From assembly GCA_963806085.1 (NCBI GenBank), contig CAWDWR010000001.1, positions 1,733,573-1,797,572 on the forward strand: a stretch of DNA of 64,000 bases, given 5' to 3'. The stretch's first letter is position 1. Each line of letters opens with the position of its first letter. Shown here piece by piece: positions 30,465-40,418 of this stretch. Under the pieces are notes generated by a model. That model was not told the origin of the DNA, ran no database searches, and saw nothing but the letters and a program-made list of their open reading frames with translations. A program made the position numbers and the translations under genes. This DNA comes from an uncultured Acidobacteriota bacterium. Its GTDB lineage: Bacteria > Acidobacteriota > Vicinamibacteria > Vicinamibacterales > JAKQTR01.

Positions 30465-30605
30465 CTACCTCGCGGGCCCCGAGTACTGCCACTTCTCTTC
30501 CTTGAGCATCCACATCACGTCGTCGATCGTGGCCGGCAGTTCGCGGTCGAACCCCTTCAGCTCGTCCTCGGGCGTGTTCTCGGCCCACACGCCCGCCGGC
30601 CCCAT
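30465..30605 (-). CDS. Small hypothetical protein (46 aa)
   Basis: Below the size cut-off of the ORF track. It runs from ATG to TAG and encodes MGPAGVWAENTPEDELKGFDRELPATIDDVMWMLKEEKWQYSGPAR. About 43/46 codons end in G/C, matching the coding bias. It lies 37 nt upstream of the kinase gene on the same strand. Confidence 0.4.
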   Translation of the reverse strand: MGPAGVWAENTPEDELKGFDRELPATIDDVMWMLKEEKWQYSGPAR

Positions 30606-30630
30606 CGGCGAATCCCCGTCCTGCGCCCGC

Positions 30631-30693
30631 TGTCTTCCGTCCTCTGTCTTCCGGTTTCCGGCTTCTGGCTTCTGACTTCCTACTGACTACTAC
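30631..30693. repeat. Tandem heptamer array, 7 x NNNCTTC then 2 x CTACTRN
   Basis: tgtcttc cgtcctc tgtcttc cggtttc cggcttc tggcttc tgacttc ctactga ctactac. The last two units encode the C-terminus and the TAG stop of the M28 gene. Confidence 0.85.
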
Positions 30694-32407
30694 TCCCCTT
30701 CCCCAGCATCCTGTCCCGCCTCGCCTTGAACTCGCTGCCGGGCTTCCACTGGGGCCATGTGTCCGTCGAGGCGGCCCTGGCGCCGAGAGCGTAGTAGATC
30801 TGCAGGTCTTCGAGCGCGCCGCTCAGGTCCCAGTCCGGTCGGATCTCGTCTGACGGCTTGTGGTAGTGCTGCGCCGTGTAGGCGTCCGCCACCTGCTGGC
30901 CCCATCCAGCCGGCCGGCCGATGTAGTCGTCGCCGCCGCCGGCGTTGATCGCCGGCACGCCCTGCTTCGCGAACGGAAAGTGGTCGGACCTGAAGTAGCC
31001 GCCATTCTCCGGCTTCGGATCGGCCCGGAGCACGCGTCCCTGGGCGGCCGCCGCCTCGGACGCGTAATCGTCGAGGTCGGATGCGCCCAGCCCCACGACG
31101 GTGAGATCCTTCGTGCGGCCGTAGATGTTCAGGCCGTCCATGTTGATGACGGCGAGCGTCTTGTTCAGCGGGTAGATCGGGTGCCGCGCGTAGTAGTCGG
31201 AGCCCAGCAGGCCCTGCTCCTCGGCCGTGACCGCCAGGAACAGCAGCGACCGCTTCGGCGCCGCCGGGGCCGCGGCGAAGGCCCGGGCCACCTCGATCAT
31301 GCCGCCGATGCCCGTGGCGTTGTCGAGGGCGCCGTTGTAGATCTTGTCGCCGTTGACCTCGGGTCCGATGCCATAGTGATCCCAGTGCCCCGTGTAGACG
31401 ACGTACTCGTCCTTGAGCACAGGGTCGCTGCCCGGGAGCAGCCCGACGACGTTGCGGGAGTCGAGCGTGCGGATGCGGCTGTTCAACGTCATCGACGCCG
31501 TGACGCCCAACGGCACGGGCGCGAACGCGCGGGTCGCCGCGCGCTGTTTCAGCGCATCGAAGTCCAGTCCCGCCATCGCGAACAGCTTCTTCGCCTGGTC
31601 CAGCGTGATCCAGCCCTCGATGGCGGCGCGGCCCCGGTTCCCGTCCGGCGTCACCAGGTCGAACTGCTCGGTCACCTTGCTCTGCACGACCGAGAACGGG
31701 TAGGCCGCCGGCCCGGTTTCGTGGACGATGAAGACGGCGGCGGCCTTCTTCTCGGCCCCCATCTCGTACTTGTAGGTCCAGCGGCCATAGTAGGTCATGG
31801 CGCGGCCGCCAAACGTCTTCGGATCGAGTTGCGACGGGTCGGCGGGATCGGGCACCGGCGGGTCGTTGACGAGCATGATCACGGTCTTCCCGGCCAGGTC
31901 GACGCCCTTGTAGTCGTCCCACTGGAACTCGGGCGCCTGGACGCCGTAGCCCATGAACACCACGTCGGAGGCGTCGATGCTGACGCGCTCCTCCACGCGC
32001 TTCGTCCAGGCGACCACATCGTCCTTGAACGCCAGCGTCTGGGTGACGCCACCCTTCCTGAAGGCCAGCGCCGTGGCGGGATCGGCGGTGATCCCCACCA
32101 TCGGCACCTTCTGGACGTACGTGCCGTCGCTGTTGCCCGGCTTGAGCCCCACCTTGCGGAACTGGTCCGCGATGTAGGCCACCGTGAGGTCTTCGCCCTT
32201 CGTGCCCGGCGCGCGCCCTTCGAACTCGTCCGACGCCAGCACCTTCACGTGCGCCATCACCGCGTCGGCGGTGAAGGCCGGCGGCGCCGGGGGCGTCGTA
32301 CCCTGGGCCGCCGGTTGCGCGCCGACCCAGCTGGATGCCAGTAGAAGACAGATGCCACACCCGGCGTGAACCACTCGAGTCATGCGTGCTCCTGTCGATC
32401 GGCGCAC
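30680..32407 (-). CDS. M28-family aminopeptidase with PA domain, secreted
   Basis: 575-aa ORF (an alternative start is Met9 at 32383). It reads LASDEFEGRAPGT, HWDHYG, GALDNATG, AEEQGLLGS and SDHFPF. Confidence 0.9.
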   Translation of the reverse strand: MRRSTGARMTRVVHAGCGICLLLASSWVGAQPAAQGTTPPAPPAFTADAVMAHVKVLASDEFEGRAPGTKGEDLTVAYIADQFRKVGLKPGNSDGTYVQKVPMVGITADPATALAFRKGGVTQTLAFKDDVVAWTKRVEERVSIDASDVVFMGYGVQAPEFQWDDYKGVDLAGKTVIMLVNDPPVPDPADPSQLDPKTFGGRAMTYYGRWTYKYEMGAEKKAAAVFIVHETGPAAYPFSVVQSKVTEQFDLVTPDGNRGRAAIEGWITLDQAKKLFAMAGLDFDALKQRAATRAFAPVPLGVTASMTLNSRIRTLDSRNVVGLLPGSDPVLKDEYVVYTGHWDHYGIGPEVNGDKIYNGALDNATGIGGMIEVARAFAAAPAAPKRSLLFLAVTAEEQGLLGSDYYARHPIYPLNKTLAVINMDGLNIYGRTKDLTVVGLGASDLDDYASEAAAAQGRVLRADPKPENGGYFRSDHFPFAKQGVPAINAGGGDDYIGRPAGWGQQVADAYTAQHYHKPSDEIRPDWDLSGALEDLQIYYALGARAASTDTWPQWKPGSEFKARRDRMLGKGSSSQ

Positions 32408-32423
32408 TGCGCCATATTCACAG

Positions 32424-32458
32424 CCCGAATCCCGAGTCCCGAACCCCGAATCCCGTGT
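32424..32458. repeat. Tandem heptamer array, 5 x CCCGNNT/C (transcript sense UCGGG)
   Basis: cccgaat cccgagt cccgaac cccgaat cccgtgt, downstream of the asparaginase-like stop (32547). Confidence 0.9.
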
Positions 32459-32546
32459 CTGACCAGCGCCTAGCGCCCGAGCCGGTCACCGGTCTGCCCG
32501 GCTCGCCCTGAGCGAGCCGACCCTGCGGCGAGTCGAAGGGGCGCCC

Positions 32547-33035
32547 CTACGCCCCTACCTCCTCGAACACCCCCGTCTTCGTGTTCTTCCTGACCCTGTC
32601 CCACGGAAAGTAGCGGCCGTTCATCGCCACGTAGACGCCGGGCGGCAGCACCTGGGCGAACGACAGGGCGCTGCCGAGGTTGAACAGCCCGTCCGAGCTG
32701 CCGAAGGCGTACGGCACCATCGCGCCGGTCAGCACCACGGTCTTGCCCGCCACGCGCGAGGCGATCACGCGCGCCGTCTCCACCATGGTGTCGGTGCCGT
32801 GGGTGACGAGGATGCGATCCTCCGGCGCCTGGGCGCAATTCCGGGCGATGAGCTCGCGGTCGGCGTCGCTCATGTCCAGGCTGTCGACCAGCATGACGGT
32901 GCGGATGGCCACCTCCACCCGCGACCGGCCGAGGCGCAGCATGTCGGGCACCTGCGACTCGGTGAAGTGGAGCCGGGCGCTGATCTCGTCGTACCGCTTG
33001 TCGAAGGTCCCGCCGGTGATGAGGATGCGGATCAT
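32547..33035 (-). CDS. Short L-asparaginase-domain protein
   Basis: ORF 32547..33101, starting at Met23 (MIRILITGGTFDK...). It has the TGGT and HGTDTM motifs of the asparaginase N-terminal domain. Confidence 0.75.
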   Translation of the reverse strand: MIRILITGGTFDKRYDEISARLHFTESQVPDMLRLGRSRVEVAIRTVMLVDSLDMSDADRELIARNCAQAPEDRILVTHGTDTMVETARVIASRVAGKTVVLTGAMVPYAFGSSDGLFNLGSALSFAQVLPPGVYVAMNGRYFPWDRVRKNTKTGVFEEVGA

Positions 33036-33084
33036 CGGGGCGATTGTAGCCCGGTTTCCCGGCGCCGCGGCGCGCCCCGCCGGC

Positions 33085-33120
33085 TTGCCATTTTCTATCA
33101 CGCTATATAGATTTATAGAT
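33085..33120 (+). promoter_or_regulatory. Candidate sigma70-type promoter/operator for a leaderless sahR-like/metH transcript
   Basis: This is the only AT-rich stretch in the window. TTGCCA (33085..33090), a 17-nt spacer, then TAGATT (33108..33113). The ATG at 33121 follows directly with no SD. A direct repeat TATAGAT occurs at 33106..33112 and 33114..33120. Confidence 0.4.
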
Positions 33121-34086
33121 ATGAATGAGGCCGCCTCGCTCTACCGCCTGCTCGGCGAAGCCGTCCGGCTCCGCCTCCTCCGGGTGCTGGCCCGCGAGCG
33201 CCTCAACGTCACCGAGCTCACGGCCGTCCTCGGCCTGGCCCAGTCGGGCGTCTCGCGCCACCTGGGCCTGCTGAAGGACGCGGGCCTGGTCGTGGAGGCG
33301 CCGGCCGGGGGCTTCACGTACTACCAGCTCGACACCGCCGCCGTCCACGGCCGCCTCGCAGGGCTCTGGGCCCACCTCCAGGCGCAGTTCGACGAGGCCG
33401 CCTCGTCCCCGGCCGCCCGGGCCGACGAGGCGCGGCTGCAGGAGGTGCTGCGCCAGCGCCGCGAGAACTTCGAGACCCACGGCACCGATGCCGGCCAGCT
33501 CGTGCCCGGCCGGAGCTGGGCGGCCTGGGCCCGCGCCCTCGGCCACCTCCTCCCGCCCCTCGACGTGGCCGACATCGGGTGCGGAGACGGGCACCTCGCC
33601 ATCGAAGCGTCCAGGTGGGCGCGTCGGGTGTACGCGATTGACCGCTCGGCGGCGGTCCTCCAGCGCGCCCGCGCCCTCGCCCGCAAGCACGGCGCGGCGA
33701 ACATCGTGTGGAAGCGCGGCGAGATCGAGCGGATTCCGCTCCCGGCTGCGGCGGTGGACGTGGCGCTCCTCTCCCAGGCGCTCCATCACGCGGCCGACCC
33801 CGCCGCCGCGCTGGCAGAGGCGGTGCGGATCCTGCGGCCCGGCGGGCGCGCGCTCCTGCTGGACCTCAGGCCCCACGATCAGTCCTGGGTGAAGGACCGT
33901 CTGGGCGATCACTGGCTCGGGTTCTCGGACGATGCTCTCGACGGGATGATGCGCCGGGCGGGGCTGCGGGACATCAGGCTGCAGCTCGGCGCGCGCAAGG
34001 CCGGCGGCCCGTTCACCGTCACCATCGCCAGCGGCGTCAAGGGCCGCGCGCGGGCCGGCGCCCGCGCCAGGCGCGAGGAACGATAA
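33121..34086 (+). CDS. sahR: ArsR-family HTH regulator fused to a SAM-methyltransferase-like domain (SahR-like)
   Basis: Met148 of ORF 32680..34086. The N-terminal ArsR HTH reads RLRLLRVLARERLNVTELTAVLGLAQSGVSRHLGLLKDAGLV. SAM-binding motif I reads VADIGCGDGHL. The gene sits 9 nt upstream of metH. The architecture matches the SAH-responsive regulator SahR. Confidence 0.75.
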   Translation: MNEAASLYRLLGEAVRLRLLRVLARERLNVTELTAVLGLAQSGVSRHLGLLKDAGLVVEAPAGGFTYYQLDTAAVHGRLAGLWAHLQAQFDEAASSPAARADEARLQEVLRQRRENFETHGTDAGQLVPGRSWAAWARALGHLLPPLDVADIGCGDGHLAIEASRWARRVYAIDRSAAVLQRARALARKHGAANIVWKRGEIERIPLPAAAVDVALLSQALHHAADPAAALAEAVRILRPGGRALLLDLRPHDQSWVKDRLGDHWLGFSDDALDGMMRRAGLRDIRLQLGARKAGGPFTVTIASGVKGRARAGARARREER

Positions 34087-34095
34087 GGATTCACG

Positions 34096-37000
34096 ATGGC
34101 AGACCAGCGCACCGCCGACCTCCTGGACACCCTCCTCCGCGACCGGATCCTCGTCCTCGACGGGGCGATGGGCACGATGGTGCAGCGGCACGGCCTGACC
34201 GAAGCCGACTTCCGCGGGGAGCGGTTCGCGGCGCATCCGCGCGACCTGAAGGGCGACAACGACCTGCTCGTCCTGACGCGCCCCGATGTCATCAGCGGCA
34301 TCCACCACGCCTACCTGGAGGCCGGCGCCGACATCATCGAGACGAGCACGTTCAACGGCACCGCCATCGCGCAGGCCGACTACGGCCTCGAGCACGTGGT
34401 GCACGAGATCAACGTGGCGGCGGCGCGCCTGGCCCGCGACGCGGCCCGGGTGTGGACGGCGCGGACGCCCGAGCGCCCGCGGTTCGTGGCGGGCGCCATC
34501 GGCCCGACGAACCGCACGCTGTCACTCTCGCCGGATGTCAACAACCCGGCGTACCGCTCGGTCACCTTCCAGCAGGTCAAGGACGCCTACGCGGAACAGG
34601 CGCGCGGGCTGCTCGACGGCGGCTGCGACCTCCTGCTGGTCGAAACGATTTTCGACACCCTCAACGCGAAGGCCGCGCTGGTGGCCATCGAAGAGGTCTT
34701 CGAGGCGCGCGGCGCCCGGGTGCCCGTCCAGATCTCGGTCACCATCACGGATCGGAGCGGCCGCACACTCTCCGGGCAGACGGTCGAAGCGTTCTGGGTG
34801 TCGATCGCCCACGCGCGGCCGTTTTCGGTCGGCATCAACTGCGCGCTCGGCGCCCGCGAGATGCGCCCGTTCCTCGCGGATCTCGCCCGCGTCGCCGCGA
34901 CGCGCGTGAGCTGCTATCCGAACGCCGGCCTGCCGAACGCGTTCGGCCAGTACGACGAGGCGCCCTCGGAAACCGCGGCGCTCGTCAGGGAGTTCGCCGA
35001 GGCGGGCCTCGTCGACATCGTCGGCGGCTGCTGCGGCACGACGCCGGATCACATCCGCGCCATCGCCGGGGCCGTGGCCGGCATCCGCCCGCGCACACGC
35101 CGCCAGCCGGCGCAGCCGGACGGGCCTGGAATCGTGCACTCGCGCTACGCCGGCCTGGAGGTGTTCACGATCCGGCCGGACAGCAACTTCACGATGATCG
35201 GCGAGCGGACCAACGTGTCGGGCTCGGCGCGGTTCCGGCGGCTCATCAGGGACGGGAACTTCACCGAGGCCGCCGCCGTGGCCCTGGACCAGGTGCGCGG
35301 CGGCGCGAACATCATCGACGTCAACATGGACGAGGGCCTGCTCGACGCCGAGCACGCGATGCGCGAGTTCCTGCACTTCATCGCGACCGAGCCGGAGATC
35401 GCCCGCGTGCCGGTGATGATCGACAGCTCGAAGTGGCCCGTGATCGAGGCCGGCCTGCAGGCGATCCAGGGCAAGAGCATCGTCAACTCGATCAGCCTGA
35501 AAGAGGGGGAAGCCGACTTCCTCCACAAGGCCAGGCTCATCCGCCGCTACGGGGCGGCCGCCGTGGTGATGGCGTTCGACGAGACCGGCCAGGCCGACAC
35601 GGTGCAGCGCCGGGTCCAGATCCTGCAGCGCGCCTACGGCCTGCTGACGCGCGACGCGGGGTTCGATCCCACCGACGTCGTGCTCGATCCGAACGTGCTG
35701 GCGATCGGCACTGGCCTCGAGGAGCACGCGAACTACGCGGTGGACTTCATCGAGACCACGCGCATCCTCAAGGCGACCTGCCCGGGCGCGCGCGTGAGCG
35801 GCGGCATCTCGAACCTCTCATTCGCGTTCCGCGGAAACGACGTCGTCCGCGAGGCCATCCACTCGGCGTTCCTCTACCACGCCATCCAGGCCGGTCTCGA
35901 CATGGGCATCGTCAACGCCGGCCAACTGGTGGTGTACGAGGATATCGAGCCGGCGCTCCGCGAGCGGGTCGAGGACCTGATTTTCAACCGCCGGCCGGAC
36001 GCCACCGAGCGCCTCGTGCAGTTCGCGGCGTCTGTGAAGGGCACCGTCGAGCACCGCGGCGCCGATCTTGCGTGGCGGCAGGGCACGGTGGAAGCGCGCC
36101 TGGCGCATGCCCTCGTGCACGGCATCGTGGACTTCATCGAGCAGGACGCGGAGGAGGCCCGTGTCACGCTGGGACAGCCCTTGAAGGTGATCGAGGGCCC
36201 GCTCATGGACGGGATGAAGACGGTGGGGGATCTCTTCGGCGCCGGCAAGATGTTCCTGCCGCAGGTCGTGAAGAGCGCGCGGGCGATGAAGCGGGCCGTG
36301 GCCTACCTCGAGCCGTTCATGGAAGAGGAGAAACGGCTGGCCGGCGGCGCGGCCCAGGAGCGCGGCACCATCGTGCTGGCGACGGTGAAGGGCGACGTCC
36401 ATGACATCGGCAAGAACATCGTGGGCGTCGTCCTCGCCTGCAACAACTACCGAGTCGTCGACCTCGGGGTGATGGTGCCCGCCGGGCGCATCCTGGCGGC
36501 GGCGGTCGAGGAGCGCGCCTCCATCGTCGGGCTCTCCGGGCTGATCACGCCCTCGCTCGACGAGATGGCGCAGGTCGCCGCGGAGATGCAGCGGCGGCAG
36601 TTCACCGTGCCGCTGCTCATCGGCGGCGCGACGACGAGCCGCCAGCACACGGCCGTGAAGATCGCCCCCGAGTACGGCGGCCCGGTGGTCTACGTGCCCG
36701 ACGCGTCGCGGGTGATCGACGTCGTGTCCGGCCTGCTGAGCGAGACGAGGCGCCCCGCGTTCGAGGCCGAGAACCGCGCCGCGCAGGCGGAGCTCCGCGA
36801 CAAGCACCGTGCGCGCGTCGCGAGGCCGCTCAGGCCCTATGCGGAGGCGCTGGCCAACCGCCTGCGGGTCGATTGGGCAAAGGAGGAGATCCCGACGCCG
36901 GCGTTCACCGGCCGATGCGTGGCCGCCGACGTCTCAATCGGCGAGCTGGCGGAATTCATCGACTGGACGTTCTTCTTCTCGGCGTGGGGCCTCAAGGGGC

Positions 37001-37806
37001 GCTTTCCCGCCATCCTGGATCATGCCGAGTACGGCCCGGCGGCCCGGGACCTCTACGACCACGCCAGGCGCGTGCTCGGCTCACTGGTCGAAGAAGGCTC
37101 GCTGCGGGCGCTGGGCGTGTACGGGTTCTGGCCGGCCGGCTCAGACGGAGACGATCTGCTGCTGTACGGCGACCCCCAAAGGCGCGCCGAGATCGCCCGT
37201 TTCCCGATGCTGCGGCAGCAGGAAGTCATCGAGGAAGGCCGTCCGCAGCTCTCACTGGCCGATTTCGTCGCCCCGGCCGATGGCCCGTGGACGGACTACA
37301 TCGGCGCGTTCGCGGTCACGGCCGGACTGGGCGCCGACGAACTCGCGGCCCGCTACGCCCGCGACCACGACGACTACAACGGCATCATGGTGAAAGCGCT
37401 GGCCGATCGCCTGGCCGAGGCGTTCGCGGAGTTCCTGCATGCGCGCGCGCGGCGCGAGTGGGGCTACGGCGCCGGCGAGGCGCTGGGCCGCGACGACCTC
37501 ATTGCGGAGCGGTACCGCGGCATCCGTCCGGCGTACGGCTATCCGGCCTGCCCCGATCACACCGAGAAGGGTCGCCTGTTCGACCTGCTGGAGGCGCCGG
37601 CCATCGGCATGACGCTCACCGAGTCGTATGCGATGTCACCGCCGGCGAGTGTGAGCGGCCTCTACTTCTCGAGCCCGCACGCGAAGTACTTCAGCGTCGG
37701 GCGCATCGGCCGTGACCAGGTGGACGTCTACGCCGCGCGCAAGGGCATGACCGTCGCCGAGGTGGAGCGCTGGCTGGCGCCGAACCTCGGCTACCTGCCC
37801 TCGTAG
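34096..37806 (+). CDS. metH: Cobalamin-dependent methionine synthase
   Basis: 1236-aa ORF. It contains the Hcy-binding, pterin-binding, B12-binding ([10 protein letters not shown]) and AdoMet-activation modules in canonical order. Confidence 0.97.
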   Translation: MADQRTADLLDTLLRDRILVLDGAMGTMVQRHGLTEADFRGERFAAHPRDLKGDNDLLVLTRPDVISGIHHAYLEAGADIIETSTFNGTAIAQADYGLEHVVHEINVAAARLARDAARVWTARTPERPRFVAGAIGPTNRTLSLSPDVNNPAYRSVTFQQVKDAYAEQARGLLDGGCDLLLVETIFDTLNAKAALVAIEEVFEARGARVPVQISVTITDRSGRTLSGQTVEAFWVSIAHARPFSVGINCALGAREMRPFLADLARVAATRVSCYPNAGLPNAFGQYDEAPSETAALVREFAEAGLVDIVGGCCGTTPDHIRAIAGAVAGIRPRTRRQPAQPDGPGIVHSRYAGLEVFTIRPDSNFTMIGERTNVSGSARFRRLIRDGNFTEAAAVALDQVRGGANIIDVNMDEGLLDAEHAMREFLHFIATEPEIARVPVMIDSSKWPVIEAGLQAIQGKSIVNSISLKEGEADFLHKARLIRRYGAAAVVMAFDETGQADTVQRRVQILQRAYGLLTRDAGFDPTDVVLDPNVLAIGTGLEEHANYAVDFIETTRILKATCPGARVSGGISNLSFAFRGNDVVREAIHSAFLYHAIQAGLDMGIVNAGQLVVYEDIEPALRERVEDLIFNRRPDATERLVQFAASVKGTVEHRGADLAWRQGTVEARLAHALVHGIVDFIEQDAEEARVTLGQPLKVIEGPLMDGMKTVGDLFGAGKMFLPQVVKSARAMKRAVAYLEPFMEEEKRLAGGAAQERGTIVLATVKGDVHDIGKNIVGVVLACNNYRVVDLGVMVPAGRILAAAVEERASIVGLSGLITPSLDEMAQVAAEMQRRQFTVPLLIGGATTSRQHTAVKIAPEYGGPVVYVPDASRVIDVVSGLLSETRRPAFEAENRAAQAELRDKHRARVARPLRPYAEALANRLRVDWAKEEIPTPAFTGRCVAADVSIGELAEFIDWTFFFSAWGLKGRFPAILDHAEYGPAARDLYDHARRVLGSLVEEGSLRALGVYGFWPAGSDGDDLLLYGDPQRRAEIARFPMLRQQEVIEEGRPQLSLADFVAPADGPWTDYIGAFAVTAGLGADELAARYARDHDDYNGIMVKALADRLAEAFAEFLHARARREWGYGAGEALGRDDLIAERYRGIRPAYGYPACPDHTEKGRLFDLLEAPAIGMTLTESYAMSPPASVSGLYFSSPHAKYFSVGRIGRDQVDVYAARKGMTVAEVERWLAPNLGYLPS

Positions 37807-39617
37807 AGCACCTTGCCGCCGACGATCGTGTAAAGGACACGGGCTGACCGGATCTCCTCGTCCGGGACGGTCAGAATGTCCTTCGAGAGCACTGTCACGT
37901 CCGCCAGCTTGCCGGGCGTCAGCGATCCCTTGATGCCCTCTTCGAACCCGGCGTAGGCGCCGTTGATCGTGTACGACCTCAGGGCCTCCATCCGCGACAT
38001 TTTCTGGTCGCCGAAGAACACCGAGCCGCCCTTGAGGCGGCGCGTCACCGTCGAGTAGTAGCTCTCGATGGGATTGACGTCCTCGACCGGCGCATCCGTC
38101 CCGTTCGAGATGACGGCGCCGGTCTTCATCAGCTTCTGCCAGACGTAGGCGCCCTCTTCCGCCCGCTTCGGCCCGAGGCGCGCCAGCACGTACGGTGCGT
38201 CCGACGTGCAGTGCACCCCCTGCATGGCGGGGATGACGCCGAGGGCGGCGAACCGCGGGATGTCGGCGGGGTTCAGGTGCTGCGCGTGTTCGTCGCGCCA
38301 GCGGAGCGCCCGGGTGTTCGGGACGCCGGCGAACGCCGCCTCGTAGAGGTTCAGCAGTTCGCGGTTCGCCCGATCGCCGATGGCGTGGATGGCGAGCTGG
38401 TAGTTGTGCTGGAGGGCCAGCCGGGCCGTTTCCCGGGCCGATTCCATCGGCGTCGTGTTCAGGCCGGTGCTGGTCGGCAGGTCGGCGTAGGGCTCGAGCA
38501 GCCACGCCCCGCGCGGCCCGAGCGCGCCGTCGATCGAAACCTTGATGGTCCGCAGCGTCACGTGGTTGTTCGCGAACCCGACCGTGCGGTACTTGGCGAG
38601 GTTGGCGGCCAGGCTGGCGTTGCCTTCCCGCACCATGACGTAGAGCCGGACGCCGAGCTTCCCTTCCTCCGCCACTGTCTTGTACAGGTCGACGGTCCTG
38701 AACGACACGCCGGCGTCATGGAACGACGTGATGCCCTTCCTGAGGCATTCGTCGACGGCCAACTGGATCACCGTGCGCGCCTCGGCGTCGAGCTCGGCTG
38801 GCGTCATCTTCTCGCGCGACGTCCGTTCGGCGCGGCTCAACAGGCCCGACGCCGTCTCGCGGAACAGGCCGATCGGGTCGCCGGCGGCATCCTTCAGGAT
38901 CTCTCCGCCCGGCGGGTTTGGCGTGTCCTTCGTGACGCCGGCAAGCGCCATCGCCTTCGCGTTCGCGAACGTCGCATGGCCGCTCGCGTGCGTCAGCACG
39001 ACGGGATTGGCGGGCGATACGCGGTCGAGGGACGCATGCGTCGGAAAGCCCTCGACGTTCGGCTCCGGCCGCTTCGTCCATTTCTCCTGGTGCCATCCGC
39101 GCCCAACAATCCACTCACCGGGCTTCGCCTTCTTTGCGGCCTCGCCGACCATGGCGACAATCTCGTCCCAGCTCGTCGTCGGCATCAGTTCGAGGCCCAG
39201 CTTCGCCTGACCGATGCCCTGGAAATGGCCGTGGCTCTCGATGATGCCCGGCAGGGCCAGCGCGCCCTTCAGGTCGACGACCTTCGTCGCGGGCCCGATG
39301 TACGGCGTGATGTCGGCCTCGCTGCCGACGGCCGCGATGGTCTCGCCGCGCATGGCCACGGCCCGCGCCTCGGGCCGCGCCTCGTCGACGGTGACGATGC
39401 GGCCGTTGCGGAGCACCAGCGTGGCGGGCTCCACCCGGGGCGGAGCCTGAGCGCCAGGCCAGACGGCCGTCCCCAGCACACTGGCAAGGGCCGCGACAAC
39501 GAGAACCCGCACGGAACGACGCAGCTTTCTGCGCACAGCACGCCTCCCCGGGCCGCGAGGCCCCGCGCTCCGCCGGGCGCGATGCCTGCCCGGCCGGCAC
39601 TCGCCGCATGTTACCAT
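37791..39617 (-). CDS. Amidohydrolase-3 family metal-dependent hydrolase, secreted
   Basis: ORF 37791..40073, with the upstream part overlapping the + strand gene. Start taken at Met153 or nearby, ahead of the signal peptide [14 protein letters not shown]. Motifs include [11 protein letters not shown] and AIHAIGD. Confidence 0.85.
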   Translation of the reverse strand: MVTCGECRPGRHRARRSAGPRGPGRRAVRRKLRRSVRVLVVAALASVLGTAVWPGAQAPPRVEPATLVLRNGRIVTVDEARPEARAVAMRGETIAAVGSEADITPYIGPATKVVDLKGALALPGIIESHGHFQGIGQAKLGLELMPTTSWDEIVAMVGEAAKKAKPGEWIVGRGWHQEKWTKRPEPNVEGFPTHASLDRVSPANPVVLTHASGHATFANAKAMALAGVTKDTPNPPGGEILKDAAGDPIGLFRETASGLLSRAERTSREKMTPAELDAEARTVIQLAVDECLRKGITSFHDAGVSFRTVDLYKTVAEEGKLGVRLYVMVREGNASLAANLAKYRTVGFANNHVTLRTIKVSIDGALGPRGAWLLEPYADLPTSTGLNTTPMESARETARLALQHNYQLAIHAIGDRANRELLNLYEAAFAGVPNTRALRWRDEHAQHLNPADIPRFAALGVIPAMQGVHCTSDAPYVLARLGPKRAEEGAYVWQKLMKTGAVISNGTDAPVEDVNPIESYYSTVTRRLKGGSVFFGDQKMSRMEALRSYTINGAYAGFEEGIKGSLTPGKLADVTVLSKDILTVPDEEIRSARVLYTIVGGKVLYEGR

Positions 39618-39648
39618 CCGGAGGTGTCCTGATTCCGGAGGGAGATTT

Positions 39649-40374
39649 ATGTTCCGACTCATCACTGTGATTGCCGCCGCGGTGGCCGTCCTGGGGCTGA
39701 CGGCCGCCCCGATACTCGCCCAGCCGGCCCCGAAACCCGAGGACCTCAAGGCCTCGGTGCCGGCGCTGGATGCCATGCACGAGGTCATCATGCCGCTGTG
39801 GCACGACGCCTGGCCGAACAAGGACGTCAAGGCCATGGCGGCGATGCTGCCCGACATCGAGAAGCACGTCGCGGCCGTCAACAAGGCCGAGCTGCCGATG
39901 ATCCTGCGCGACAAGAAGGCCGCCTGGGTGGCTGGCGTCGACAACCTGAAGCAGACGATCGCGGCGTACAAGGCCGCGGTGACCGCCGGCGACAACGATG
40001 CCCTGCTGAAGGCCGCCGAGCGGCTGCACTCCCAGTACGAGGCGCTGGTCAAGATCGTCCGCCCGGTCCTCAAGGAGATGGAGGACTTTCACGCGACGCT
40101 CTACGTGCTCTACCACTACCAGATCAGCCCGTTCCAGTACGACAAGGCGGCCGAGTCGATCCGGGCGCTGCAGGCCAAGATGGCGGCGCTCGACAAGGCC
40201 GAGCTGCCCGAGCGGCTGAAGGCCAAAACCGAGGCGTTCACCACGCAGCGTGCCAGGCTGAGCAAGTCCGTGGACGAACTGGCCGGCCTGCTCGACGGCA
40301 AGGACCGGACGGCGATCCTCGCGGCCATCGAGATGATGCACGCGCAGTACGAAAGCCTGGAACAGATCTTCTGA
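39649..40374 (+). CDS. Secreted all-helical hypothetical protein with an internal duplication
   Basis: 241-aa ORF with a signal peptide. Two homologous halves read AELPMILRDKKAAW...ERLHSQYEALVKIV and AELPERLKAKTEAF...EMMHAQYESLEQIF. Confidence 0.7.
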   Translation: MFRLITVIAAAVAVLGLTAAPILAQPAPKPEDLKASVPALDAMHEVIMPLWHDAWPNKDVKAMAAMLPDIEKHVAAVNKAELPMILRDKKAAWVAGVDNLKQTIAAYKAAVTAGDNDALLKAAERLHSQYEALVKIVRPVLKEMEDFHATLYVLYHYQISPFQYDKAAESIRALQAKMAALDKAELPERLKAKTEAFTTQRARLSKSVDELAGLLDGKDRTAILAAIEMMHAQYESLEQIF

Positions 40375-40380
40375 GGTCCG

Positions 40381-40418
40381 GATCGGGAAGCCTGCAACAG
40401 ATTGCAGGCTTCCCGATC
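40381..40418 (+). terminator. Strong hairpin terminator-like element
   Basis: GATCGGGAAGCCTGCAA-CAGA-TTGCAGGCTTCCCGATC, a perfect 17-bp stem starting 7 nt after the stop at 40374. There is no clear U-tract. Confidence 0.65.
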
